Shown: in pieces, positions 12,146 through 23,335 of the stretch | Position numbering within the stretch: the stretch's first letter is position 1 | Layout: the number at the start of each line of letters is the position of its first letter | Assembly (NCBI GenBank): GCA_965645245.1 | Contig: OZ287082.1 | Span: 62,001 to 126,000 of the forward strand | Reading direction: 5' to 3' | Source: Massalongia carnosa | Lineage: Eukaryota | Length of the DNA: 64,000 bases | Notes under the pieces: generated by a model | The model's database searches: none | The model's input: the letters and a program-made list of their open reading frames with translations, nothing else | What the model was told of the DNA's origin: nothing | Made by a program: the position numbers and the translations under genes

Positions 12146-14380
12146 TGGGTCCAACAAGCTCAGAGTGAACCTTCTGGAATAATTCCTCTGTCGTCTTCTG
12201 AGTTGACCGATTATATTGCTTTGTTGCCTTTCCTAGTTCACAGGAGGAACAGTACCAATCATCCTTGATGTCATCCAGAAACGATACGTCTAGACCTTTT
12301 AGGTATTTCCGACAGCTTGAGATGTTGAGGTGACCGAGACGGGCGTGCCATGTTGTCAATTTCACCTTGCTGGACGTGTGATAAATCGCCGTCTCAGGCC
12401 ATTGAAAGATATCGGCTTCTATTCTTGTAAGATGGATAGCCAGGTCTGGGGTGTGCAAGGTCTTCAGCATGAAGTTGGTATTGACTCTTGGTGCATAGCC
12501 TATGATGTCTCTGGTTGAAAGAAGAAACAGATTCCAGTTCAGCTTGTCAAAGTAGACCTTATGTTGATTGAGTAATCCAAGACTGACAAGATTTACTGGA
12601 CATTGTGGAATGTAAAGAACGTTATTAAGGACGAGTATTGACGAAGGTATGTCATCTTCTGATGCTAACGTTATACGAATCATTCCCCTTCCTGGCGAAG
12701 TACCATTAGAAGTAGAGCCTGCCAGGTCTGTAGAATAGACTATGTAGTCAGCGAAAGAAGATCTGTTGTTACATACGTGCATGTCTGCGGCACTATCCAA
12801 AAGCCAGGAATTTCTGCTGAGACTCGTCATGGTCATAACCTTCTGCAGCCTAGTGGTCATGACCAATGTGAGTCAACTGTTCACAGTTGGCACATTTGTT
12901 GTGGTGAGAGACATTGATGGCGTTTCAGTTTTTGAAACAGAGGTTTTTGTCCCTCTTATTTTCATAGACTTCAATGGAAATTTGGGTCGTTTCTCAGGAT
13001 ACTTTTGCCAGCATCTTTCTGGTGCATGAGCGGTTGTTCCTTTACTCACACATTCCGAAAAAGTGCAAGTTCCTGGCGGTGTCTTATCGTTTCTACTTGA
13101 AACGTTGGTATGAAATGCCTTCTTGTCAAACATATTGACAGAATAAGAGGTAATTGCTCTGCATGCAACAGTGAGATTTGATTTGCTAGTGAGCTAGTCG
13201 CGACGAAGTTGAGCTATAAGAAGTAGGTAGACATCAGAAACGTTCCGTAACAAATATCCTTGAAGAACTTGTTCTGCACCCATTTCGCTCAATTCCGAGT
13301 TCTCTTCTATCATGCCCTTTATGGAGTTTAATGCATTTTCAAATTCGGCGCAATATTTAACAGCGCTTCTATACTCCGTCTTTCTTTTAAAGCTCATGTT
13401 GTAAAGAATGTCGGTGATGCTCATAGGTGCAATATCTTGAAACTTTGTTCTCAAAGTTCTCCACATTTCACCGGCCGATTTGATTGCGAGAAGAGTATGA
13501 TGCTGTTGAGCGACTCGCATTTGGATGATCCCTTCGGCCTTGAGCATAAGATGATTCTGTTTTTCAATGTCCGCTCCGACTTTGGTGAAGATTTGTTCAG
13601 CCTTGATATGTGCATCAGTGAATCCCATTCCCAAGTATTTAAGCTTGATTATTTGATATGAGATGACTGGTATATTGTCTTGAATAGCAAAGATACAGTC
13701 TTTTTGCTTTAAAATTGCTTCCGTGTGGGTTCCCCATTGTGAATAGTCTTCAGCTTTCTCTAATAACAGGACTTTATCCTGAAGAGAATTCGTCATCGCG
13801 GGTTGATAAGTGTAAAATAGACAAATTAGATTGATATCTAAAGAGTTCTTATAACACAAGAAATATAGATGATGGATGTAGGATATGACAAGTAAATTCC
13901 TATTAAGAAAAAACTAGACAGTGATCCCTTCCTTTAATCATTTTTCATTTCTTTATTTCCCGTCTATCTGTCTCTATGCCTGCATTCGGAAGAAAAACTC
14001 ATATTCCGTAAAAAGCGGCTTAAAAAGGCTTTCGCATCCAGAAGAGAAAACCTCATATTCCGGAAGCGGCTTAAATGGTTCTCGCATTCGGAAGAGAAGT
14101 CTCATATTCCGATAGCGGCTTAAAAAGCTTTCGCAGCCAGAAGAGAAAATCTCATATTCCAGAAGCGGCTTTGAAAATTTATTGAAAGAAGTGATTAAGA
14201 CTTCAAAGAGAGAGCGGAACTCGAATAACATGAATTTATCATGTTTTTTGACAGGCTCTCGTCTTTGAGGAATGTATCTCTTCTTGCCTTGAGCTTTCTG
14301 GTTGTAGTTTTGTCTCTGATCTTCGAAGAATCTATCTTAAATAGATTCGCTCGATATTGAAGAGATCTACTAGTTTCATA
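12146..14380 (-). mobile_element. Truncated Ty1/Copia element (leader, gag, protease, GAG-pre-integrase); diverged relative of 33806-40143
   Basis: gag ATG 13796; zinc knuckle CTFSEC...HAPERC; WLLDSAADMHVCN; WHARLGH...CSSC; breaks at VHSELVGPI. Confidence 0.9.
13985..14172. repeat. ~45-55-bp tandem repeat (about 4 units) in the Copia leader
   Basis: Repeated gaagagaaaa(n)ctcatattcc...agcggctt. Confidence 0.8.
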
Positions 14381-14384
14381 ATAG

Positions 14385-14630
14385 TGAAGAGGGGTAGTCG
14401 TGGGTGGTGCATACGTGATGACCTCAAGGAGAGAAGACCGGCAGAAAGCAAACAAGGAACACACGTGAAAACAACAAATAGAACGTTGGCATTGACGACT
14501 CGGCCACTCTGAAGGAAAGAAAAATGTTGCTTGCCTGTCTGTCTAGAGGGTGAAACTTCCCCTATCTATAGAAAAATGGCCGCCTCAGCCCCGGAAAAAC
14601 CTCCCCTCCGCTCCGTCCACACCAATCCCC
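14385..14630. mobile_element. Partial LTR family C
   Basis: Reverse complement of part of the TSD-flanked solo LTR at 25464-25786. Confidence 0.8.
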
Positions 14631-14709
14631 CCACGCGGGTGACAAAATAAAATTTACACCAAAATTTTCACCCCACCAGACTTTTCATCCACCATCATAT
14701 TAAATAATC

Positions 14710-15871
14710 ATGAATCGATCCACCACTCCACTTCTTGAAATTACAGGGCCTGGAGTCGAAGTTCCTACACCTAATAAGGCAAAAATTCAAGGAGCTGTAG
14801 AATTTTGCGAAGCAATGGGAATATCTTATTATAAGGAAGACGTTTTTCGTGTGTTCAATGTTTCAAGACAACAAGGCTACAAATATCTACGCAGCGAATC
14901 TTCACGAAGACATCATAATAATCCTGATATATCAGAGCAGCGGGGTCGAAAATCTATCATAACACCTCAACAAATACGAGAAATGGAGCATATTCTTGAG
15001 ACCGAAGGCATTGAAGCACGAGCTTTAACTTGGGAACAATTGGGCTACGAAGTGGGCTTGGATTGTAGTGGTCGCACAGTTCAAAGAGCGATGGGTACGA
15101 TGGATTATCATAAGTGTGTTTCTTGTAGAAAGGGCTGGGTCAATAAGAAAACAGCAGCGCATCGAGTCAGTTGGGCAACTGTAATGCTTGAGAAATATCC
15201 TGAGCCGGAGGATTGGCATCATGTACGATTCAGCGATGAGGTTCATTTCGGCTGGGGTCCTCAAGGAAAACTACGAATCATACGAAAATCTGGAGAAAGA
15301 TATTGTCAGAATTGTATTCAAGAAGAGAATGAACTAGACGAGAAAGATAAAAAGCGTTGTGGAAGGATGAACTGGGTGGTGTGCGTGGTCTACTACTGCT
15401 AGGAGTGCAAGAGAACAAACAAACAAGAGAAGAACAGAACAATAGAATAAGAACAATAGCTAGACTGATCACTGTAAGCCTCGCGCCTCGTGCCTGATGC
15501 CTCATGCCTGTGAACTGTATGTGTTGATGCTATGTGTTGTAGTTATTGTTACGAGCATGCTTGCTCTAAAAGGAAAAGAACTATCTATAACTAAACTAAA
15601 AGAAAGACTGTCACCTGACTTCCCCGCTACCTTTACCGAGTATCAGCCGAAAGAACCAACTCCCGAACCGCTAGCAATTTGAATTTAGAGTATCACCGCT
15701 CCACCCCCCTACAGCGTCATAATTGCTGGGCTGCGATGGGACATAGTTTTAAATCAGATATCTTTTTTGATAATGTTTCGGGTAGAGTAACACCAACGGA
15801 AAGATGAGTCAAAAGGCCTATATCGAGCAGATTTTGAATCCGATTGTTCTTCCATGGCTGCAAACGAGTCA
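14710..15871 (+). pseudogene. Tc1/mariner transposase, interrupted by LTR-E and truncated by the Gypsy LTR
   Basis: WHHVRFSDEVHFG (first catalytic D); resumes after 15717 as HNCWAAMG...NGKMSQKAYIEQIL.PIV.PW. Confidence 0.88.
15358..15713 (+). mobile_element. Solo LTR family E
   Basis: TGTGG...CTACA, 4-bp TSD GCGT; further copies at 41565 and 47578. Confidence 0.9.
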
Positions 15872-16321
15872 TGTCAAGGACTGGGCAGGGGATTGAACTA
15901 ATGTTCCTAGGAATTGGATTGGGTGATCAAGATGTCTTTATTAATAAGGCTATAGCTAGGTGATGGATTGCTATACAAGACGTCGGACAAGGAGTCAACT
16001 ATCTAATTAACTTGTCCTTCCTTTATATTTGTCTCGAACCCCTTTGCATGAAGATTCGATCAGTGTTCATCTCCCCCTATTAGGAGACGTACGGCACGAA
16101 GGTTTGACGAGGTGTTTGACGATAAAAGGTGGAGATGAGGTTCTCCTGTCGTTGGTACGCTTTGATACAGCTTTGACCTGAAGCCGTTGAGAGGGGTCTA
16201 AACTCGATTTAGTTAATGAGATTCTGACTAAGCTGAATAGAGGAACGGGAGCTTAGTCAGATTCATCTGCGGGATTGATTCTGGATCGGGTTGGTTCGAT
16301 TTCATAACAGTAGCTCCCCTT

Positions 16322-19300
16322 TCAAGAGCTGAGCTCCTGCGAAGCAGTTTTATTCATGACAGCGACATCGGGAATGGAACAGGGGGTGAGATGTGGGCCG
16401 GATGCACCAGGATAGGCTTCGTGGAATTCGTCCAGAGCTTGTTGACAGTTGGTTAGTAGGTGAAATGGCTCCCAGGTGGGGGTATGTCCTTCCCAGTTGA
16501 CGAAATACTTGAGAAGCGGAGCTTGATAACGTCTGTCCAGTTTCGAGTTCAGAATGCTGTTGACATACCATTCTCGCTGTCCATCTTCGGCTATTATTGG
16601 GTCGCGAAGCTCGAGAATTTGTCCTGGGAGGGGGTCGTCTGCGTCCTGTTGTAGCAGATTTACATGAAAGACCGGATGAATTTTAACCGTGTCGGGGAGT
16701 TCCAGTTGAACAACAAGAGGGTTGGCGAACACCTTACAGACTCGGTAAGGACCGACATTTCGATCGTCCAGTTTGGCTGCCGGACGGGCTGTCTGGATAT
16801 TTCGGGTGTTCAGCCATACCATGTCTCCTACAAGATAACGAGGACAGGGACGGCGGTTCTCATTGGCGGAAGATTCGTATGAGGCCTGCGCGATCAACAT
16901 CTCTTCTCGTAGGTGAGTGTCTACGTCTCGCATCTTGTCTACGAATCGATTGGCGGCGATCAGGTTAGCGATTCCCTGGGCGGTCAGGTCTTGCGGAAGG
17001 GGCTCTTCGGGTTCGAATCCTACCCTGGGGTGTTGTCCATAATTAGCCAGGAAGGGAGAGGCGAGAATGCTGGAGGAGTCGGTGTTATTGCTGGAGAATT
17101 CGGCACCGGGTAAGTACTGGGCCCAGTCATCTTGCATGTAATTGACGTATGCCCGAAGATAGTGCTCCATGGTTGCATTAGCCCTCTCGGTTTGGCCATC
17201 TGTCTCGGGATGAAAACTGGTTGATAGCCTAGCATCAATTCTAAGCCGTTTACACATGATGTCCCAGAAATCGGAGGTGAATTGGGTGCCTCGATCCGAA
17301 ATCAAGGCGTCTGGGAGACCGTGTAATTTCCATACATTTTGGTAGAAGGAGTTAGCAGCCTCTTCTACCTCCATGGAGGTGGTGGGGACGAAATATCGCA
17401 TCTTGGAAAGGCGATCGATGAAGACGAGGATATAACGATAGGTTATACCCATGAAGGTGCTCGGAGGCAGCGGACCTACGTAGTCCATGGAAACGTCACG
17501 CCATTGACGTTCGGGTGGGGACAGAGGGCGTAGCCATCCTTGGTATCGTTGGCGGGATGGTTTGGATCGTCTACAGGTGTGACAGTTACGAATGAATCGT
17601 TTGACGGTTTGATGCATACTGGGCCACCAGTATGATCGATTCATTAGTTCGTAGCATTTGGAACGACCGGGATGGCCACCTGCTACGCTGTCGTGTGCCT
17701 GTTGAATGAGACGGAGACGGAGCCGATCCGAATTGGGTACGTATCGACGGTTTCGAAAATAAAGAATCCCTTCTTTATCTTCACATTCGGCTAGCTGAAT
17801 GCCGTTATGATATCTGACATTATTGCGAAGCATGTGTAGAACTTTCAGAGAGAATTGATCCTGTTCCAGAGCTTGTTCCCATAACAGCTGAGTTGGGACG
17901 TCGGTCGGGTCTTGGCCAGGATTGGTTTGGTCGGCAGGCTGATCCAGCTGTGGTTCAGGTTCAATGAACTCGTGATCATGTTCAACGGACTCGGGATCCT
18001 GTTCGATGAACGCGGGGGCTAGGATAATCGTGGATAAGAAACTTTTCGCCACTTCGTCGTCCAGGTTATGAGTTTTCAGGATGGTTTGATGCTGATGTTT
18101 ATGTCTTTCATCAGTTTCATCCCCCTCTTTAGGGAGGTCTCCTGAGCGACGAGTCAGTGCATCTGGTTTTCCACCAGCTTTTCCGGGTCGATAGACTATT
18201 TTAAAGTCAAATCGGGATAAGAATTCGGACCAGCGAGCTTGACGACGACTGAGTTGTTTGGTTGAAGCGAAGTATTCCAAATTCTTATGATCTGAGATAA
18301 CGCTGATGGGGTGAGCAGAACCTTCCAATTCCGGTCTCCATTCTTCGAAGCATCGGACGATGGCCATGAGTTCCTTGTCATAGATCTCATAATTGCATTC
18401 GGCCGGGTTGTGTTTCTTGGAGAAGTATGCGATGGGGCGAAGCACGTTCTCGTTGTCATACTGAGAAAGGATACCACTAGAGACGTAGTCCGAAGCATCG
18501 GTTTCCACGATGATAGGACGATCGGGATCGAAATGCATCAGTATTAGTTCCGAGGTGAAAGCTTTTGTTAGAGTTTCGAATGCCTGTTGACATTTGTCAG
18601 TCCATTGAAAGCTGACCTCCTTTTTGGTTAGATTCGTCAGTGGGCCGGCTATCTTACTAAAGCCGTATACGAATCGTCTATAGAAGTTAGCAAATCCCAG
18701 AAAGCTTTGTACATCTTTCATATTGATCGGTATTGGCCAATGAGTTACTGTTTCGATTTTAGCGGGGTCCATTTTGATTCCCTCGGTGGTTACGATTAGT
18801 CCGAGATAGGCAACTTCTGTGACATGAAATTTGCATTTGGTGATGTCTACTTGCAGCCCGGCTTCTCTCAGCTTGATGAGGATACGTTTGACGTGGATTT
18901 CATGCTCGCCTTCAATTTCGCTGTAGATGAGAATGTCATCTAGATAGGCCGTGCAAAAGTCGTCGAGATACTCTCGAAGAGTATCATTGATGAAGTGTTG
19001 AAAGGAGGCGGGGCCGTTACAGAGGCCGAATGGTAGGACCAGGGATTCGAAGAGGCCAAAACGGGTTCTGAATGCGGTGAGTTCTTCATCTCCTTCCTTG
19101 ATGCGGAGCCGATTGAACGCTGAAATAATGTCCAGCTTGGTGAATATCTTAGCCCGACTCAGGCGATTCAGGGTTTCGGTGATCAGGGGAAGCGGATACC
19201 GATTCTTAATCGTGATGGCATTGAGGCCTCGATAGTCGACACAGAAGCGAAGTCCTCCTCCTGGCTTCTTTACGAACATGACTGGGGAGGCAGCGGGGGA

Positions 19301-20737
19301 TTTACTAGCTCGGATGAAGCCTTTCGACAGGTTCTCATCAAGGTAGCGTCGGAGTTCTTCGATTTCGGTTCGACTCATGCCATAAAGAGCTTGATTCGGG
19401 ATTGGAGAGCCTTCTTTTAGCTTTATGGCATGGTCGTAGGGTCGGTGTTCGGGCAGGACGTCCGATTCTTTTTTGGAGAAGACATCCAGAAAGTCGTGAT
19501 ACTGTTTGGGTAGAAGGGGGGCTGGGTCGACGTTCTTTCGCTCACGATAAGCGTTCAGTTCTTCGGCGGTCACTGCTGATTGCAGTGTCAAGGGTTGAGG
19601 TTCGGGTTCGGTCACTGAACATAACTGTGTCAGAGCCTGGTTCATACGGAACAGGGCTAAGTGATATTTCTTTTCACTAGGGCTGGACCGGGGGTTGGGT
19701 TGGTAGGTTGGTTTCGAGTGTGCCCAGTCAGTCTCTTGACGAAGGCGAGATTCGGGTTTGGGTTCAGGCTTAGGTTCAGGTTGAGTCAGGCCGAGAAAGT
19801 GATCGATTTTTTTCAAGGAGAGAGCAAACATCTCGTGACTCTTTTTTCGTCCGAGATAGTTGAAGTTGAGGGCGCCGATTTCACAGACGTCCAAAACAGG
19901 AGGATTGCGATTCTGCTGGGCAGCATGTCGCTGAGTGGAGGTGCGATACGAAGAGGGACTTCGATATCGGATTTTCGGTGAGTCGCCCTGTTCAATCGCT
20001 TTTTCGATACGACTGATGTCCTGATTTTCGAGAGAAGTTGTCTTACTATCGCGCGGCGTGGTTTTATCGGACAGGACAGGTTTTTCGGACAGGATTTGAC
20101 TATTGGACGAGTAGTTTTCCGATTCCCATACTTCCTGACTTTCCGCAGGAGATAGGAATTTCTCGCCCGTGTAGGCCTTCACCTTGACTGGATGAGGGCT
20201 ACAATGAGCCAGGCAGAAAGAGGAAGACAGGGAGAGAGAGTTGGACTCGAAATCAGCGAGAGCTTGATGTCGTCGCAACCACGGGTGTCCCAGGACGATG
20301 GGGTAGGTTTTCAGTCCTGTTACGAAAAGGAATAATCTTTCTACATGTCCGTTTAAGTCCATGATTACCTCGGCCACATGAGTGATATTTCCAGTCAGAG
20401 CCGGCTGACCGTCGAAGCCTTCAAGGCGTCGGGCGTATTTGAGGGGATGAAGGGGGATTTGGTGAGTTTGCGCAAACTTCTTGTCAATGAATGCATAGCC
20501 AGATGCACCACAATCAATCAGATTGAGAGCTTGAATTCGAGATCTACCTAAACGTAAGATACATGATACCACTAGGTGGCTATCTCGAAACGCTTCTTCG
20601 GTTTCAAACAGCTCCAAAGCGGAGGCTGCGGAAAAACGAGTGTTTGATTGAAGGGGGGGAGAAAACGAGTTGGCTAACAGACAAGAAGAAATTAAAATAG
20701 GGCTCTGCGCGCGACGATGCGCAGAGTCTAGACGTTT
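16322..20737 (-). CDS. pol: Gypsy Pol: protease, RT, RNase H, integrase, chromodomain (open frame, normally expressed by -1 frameshift)
   Basis: LIDCGAS, YLDDILIYS, ETDASD, HDSVAGGH...CHTC, SDRGTQF, GPY, YFVNWEGHTPTWEP. Confidence 0.95.
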   Translation of the reverse strand, partial: KRLDSAHRRAQSPILISSCLLANSFSPPLQSNTRFSAASALELFETEEAFRDSHLVVSCILRLGRSRIQALNLIDCGASGYAFIDKKFAQTHQIPLHPLKYARRLEGFDGQPALTGNITHVAEVIMDLNGHVERLFLFVTGLKTYPIVLGHPWLRRHQALADFESNSLSLSSSFCLAHCSPHPVKVKAYTGEKFLSPAESQEVWESENYSSNSQILSEKPVLSDKTTPRDSKTTSLENQDISRIEKAIEQGDSPKIRYRSPSSYRTSTQRHAAQQNRNPPVLDVCEIGALNFNYLGRKKSHEMFALSLKKIDHFLGLTQPEPKPEPKPESRLRQETDWAHSKPTYQPNPRSSPSEKKYHLALFRMNQALTQLCSVTEPEPQPLTLQSAVTAEELNAYRERKNVDPAPLLPKQYHDFLDVFSKKESDVLPEHRPYDHAIKLKEGSPIPNQALYGMSRTEIEELRRYLDENLSKGFIRASKSPAASPVMFVKKPGGGLRFCVDYRGLNAITIKNRYPLPLITETLNRLSRAKIFTKLDIISAFNRLRIKEGDEELTAFRTRFGLFESLVLPFGLCNGPASFQHFINDTLREYLDDFCTAYLDDILIYSEIEGEHEIHVKRILIKLREAGLQVDITKCKFHVTEVAYLGLIVTTEGIKMDPAKIETVTHWPIPINMKDVQSFLGFANFYRRFVYGFSKIAGPLTNLTKKEVSFQWTDKCQQAFETLTKAFTSELILMHFDPDRPIIVETDASDYVSSGILSQYDNENVLRPIAYFSKKHNPAECNYEIYDKELMAIVRCFEEWRPELEGSAHPISVISDHKNLEYFASTKQLSRRQARWSEFLSRFDFKIVYRPGKAGGKPDALTRRSGDLPKEGDETDERHKHQHQTILKTHNLDDEVAKSFLSTIILAPAFIEQDPESVEHDHEFIEPEPQLDQPADQTNPGQDPTDVPTQLLWEQALEQDQFSLKVLHMLRNNVRYHNGIQLAECEDKEGILYFRNRRYVPNSDRLRLRLIQQAHDSVAGGHPGRSKCYELMNRSYWWPSMHQTVKRFIRNCHTCRRSKPSRQRYQGWLRPLSPPERQWRDVSMDYVGPLPPSTFMGITYRYILVFIDRLSKMRYFVPTTSMEVEEAANSFYQNVWKLHGLPDALISDRGTQFTSDFWDIMCKRLRIDARLSTSFHPETDGQTERANATMEHYLRAYVNYMQDDWAQYLPGAEFSSNNTDSSSILASPFLANYGQHPRVGFEPEEPLPQDLTAQGIANLIAANRFVDKMRDVDTHLREEMLIAQASYESSANENRRPCPRYLVGDMVWLNTRNIQTARPAAKLDDRNVGPYRVCKVFANPLVVQLELPDTVKIHPVFHVNLLQQDADDPLPGQILELRDPIIAEDGQREWYVNSILNSKLDRRYQAPLLKYFVNWEGHTPTWEPFHLLTNCQQALDEFHEAYPGASGPHLTPCSIPDVAVMNKTASQELSS

Positions 20738-21103
20738 TGTCAACCTTTCACATGAATTCAGGAAGGATGAAAAAGGCTGTATCGGGGTCGATGAAGGCAG
20801 CGATAAATCAGCTTACCAATAACTAAAGTTAAGACGGAGGCAGCGAAAAATTCAGCTAACCCGGGCTCATAACTGTCAACCTTTCACATGAATTCAGGAA
20901 GGATGAAAAAGGCTGTATTCTGTATGTGGGAAATGCCCACATCTAGCTACCTATATAGAAGGGAAAAGGGGTCATGGCAGCAACGATATTAACCCCGGCA
21001 AATTGAGGGGTAAAGGTGTGGAAGAAATGGCGTAGCTTAGCGGCATCTGCCGCGACAGGGGTCGAGGATCGGCGATGAGAATCGACCACATTCAGGTTTG
21101 ACA
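20738..21103 (-). mobile_element. Internally deleted Copia remnant (family D): full LTR, PBS, ~90 bp internal, partial LTR
   Basis: TSD CGTTT at 20733-20737 and 21104-21108; LTR 20874-21103; PBS GTTATGAGCCCGGG on the minus strand at 20860-20873. Confidence 0.92.
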
Positions 21104-22292
21104 CGTTTCCCGAGTCGTCAGTCTCGGGAGTGAGGGTCGAGACGACTTCCATGTTGCGAAGGCGTTTGGTAGGCTTATTTGGACAGTCGGAGGCCGACCC
21201 GAGGTGTTGCAATTTGCAATAGAAGCACAGGTTCCAATTCTCGCAGATCTTCCTTACTCCCTCGGTTTTCAACGACTGACCTTTGACAGCCGCCATGGCC
21301 TGACTTAGGTCCATGGGGTTTCCAGCTGGGGGGAAGGCGGGGGTTGGCATCAATGGGGTGACCGTGCCCGTGACGACAGTGCGGGGGAAAGGGGCAGCAG
21401 GAAGGTTGGTGCCGTTTCTTCGATTGGCGGGAGCTGATGTGGCCGGAGTCGTGGCCTTGGGTGCCAGATGACGGATCTGACGGATTTTCCGGTCCGTGCT
21501 TAACCACATTGCGACGTGCTCGTCGAAGGTGATTGGCTCCAGATTGGTGCCGGGGACTCGGTAGTGGACGGCCGCGGTTTGAACGGAGTAGTTGATGTTT
21601 GCCTTCATGGCATCAATCAACGAAGCGTCTTCCATTCTGGATCGGTCTTTTTTCTGAGAGAAGAGAGTGTTGTACTCTTCGAAACTCAGAGAGCCCTGCT
21701 TGAGGGTTTCTCGAAGGTACTTACGGGCATCCTCTTGTTCGAAGGGGTTGCCGCAGGCCAGGCGAAGAGCAGAACGCCATTCGGAGTAGGTGGTGAGTCT
21801 ACAAATGCCATCCACTCGATACGCATTCATAAGGTTGTGAGCTCGTTTCCCGATGGTGAGCCGATTCTCCGCGTATGCAATCTTGGAGGCATCGGTGGAG
21901 TATCGATCATGATTAACGTGCATCCGTTGAATCAGGCTCTGTTCCCAGGAGTCCAACTTGGCTTCATCTCCATCGTACTCGGAGATGTCGGGAAGTTTTT
22001 CGGAACGAAGATCGGTTTTGGACTCGGAATTCCGGGTCAAAAGGAGCTGCAGGAGGGCAGCTATCTGAGGGTTCATTGCCGGAACGGACGAGGGAGACGA
22101 GGTTGATGCTGGAGTGGGTATAGGGGGTTCGGGAGCTGGGGCGGCCTGCAACCGGGCCACCTCGTCTTGAAGTCGTCGTATTTCCGCGACGAATGCTTCA
22201 GGATTGGTTTGGAACTGGTTTTGAAACAACTTCACGTTCTCGTCGATGAGAGGATTTTGGGGGACGGTCATCTCTTCTGAAGACGAAGACAT
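21104..22292 (-). CDS. gag: Gypsy Gag; native stop displaced by the insertion
   Basis: SEKLPDISEYDG motif, zinc knuckle CFYCKLQHLGSASDC; ORF 20943-22292 runs on into the inserted LTR. Confidence 0.9.
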
Positions 22293-22810
22293 GATTGTGG
22301 AATATGAGGGGGGACAGGGGCTAGTGCTATGAAAGACACCTTTCGATGTAGGTCCGACGTAATGTCAAGGATTGGGCAGGGGATTGAACTAATGTTCCTA
22401 GGAATTGGATTGGGTGATCAAGATGTCTTTATTAATAAGGCTATAGCTAGGTGATGAATTGCTATACAAGACGTCGGACAAGGAGTCAACTATCTAATTA
22501 ACTTGTCCTTCCTTTTATATTTGTCTCGAACCCCTTTGCATGAAGATTGGATCAGTATTCATCTCCCCCTATTAGGAGACGTACGGCACGAAGGTTTGAC
22601 GAGGTGTTTGACGATAAAAGGTGGAGATGAGGTTCTCCTGTCGTTGGTACGCTTTAATGGTGATGGTACAGCTTTGACCTGAAGCCGTTGAGAGGGGTCT
22701 AAACTCGATTTAGTTAATGAGATTCTGACTAAGCTGAATAGAGGAACGGGAGCTTAGTCAGATTCATCTGCGGGATTGATTCTGGACCGGGTTGGTTCGA
22801 TTTCATGACA

Positions 22811-23335
22811 CGAAGACCTGACGTGGTATGATGCTGACGGCTTCGAAAATGCAGAAGAACTGGTGAAGGACTTTTATCGACGACACCCTAACAAACAACG
22901 TTAAACCGCATTTATAACTCAATCTATCACGTGATGAAACGAACGGAGGTAAAGCGGACTTTATCGCGGTCAGGTGACTCGCGATCTAAAGCGGAGGGTA
23001 GTGTCACGATTCCACCTTTCGCCTTTAGGAGCTAAACCTAATCGAGCACCTACGGGTCGGATAACGAGATTCACGAGATAGCGCGGAAAACTCTTTCGCG
23101 ACCGTACTGCATGAGGGCAAGGGAACGCGTTGGTATATAGGGACGGGTCAGACCTTCGAGTCTTTCTTTTCTCTTCAGCTTTATTGTTTTCGTTCATGGC
23201 GTCCCTATGACTAGCCTCTAGGTAGACCGTAACATGTAGCTCCAATAAACCTGCGGTACGGTAGGTAGGGAGAGGAAAGAGGGGGCAACTACGGATAAGG
23301 CCGAGATCCTTTTGGTTCGAAGCCGTTTTATGACA
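22811..23335 (+). mobile_element. 3' end of a second Gypsy element: chromodomain tail, PPT, LTR 23002-23335
   Basis: EDLTWYDADGFENAEELVKDFYRRHPNK*; aaagcggagggtag precedes TGTCAC...ATGACA. Confidence 0.82.

Larger units (their letters stand above)
15872..22810 (-). mobile_element. Ty3/Gypsy chromovirus with two LTRs (15872-16309 and 22363-22810)
   Basis: ~440-bp TG...CA direct repeats, purine tract beside the 3' LTR (16310-16322), gag and long pol ORFs; no TSD. Confidence 0.97.

Noticed and set aside
11859..12866. 335-aa ORF as a novel protease-polymerase fusion gene
   Set aside because: Chance in-frame join of truncated Copia pol, LTR-A and the 147-bp polB insert
21516..22106. Antisense ORFs over gag/pol and dynamin (e.g. 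21516-22106, 55351-55779, 63355-63993)
   Set aside because: Shadow frames of real opposite-strand genes with no motifs
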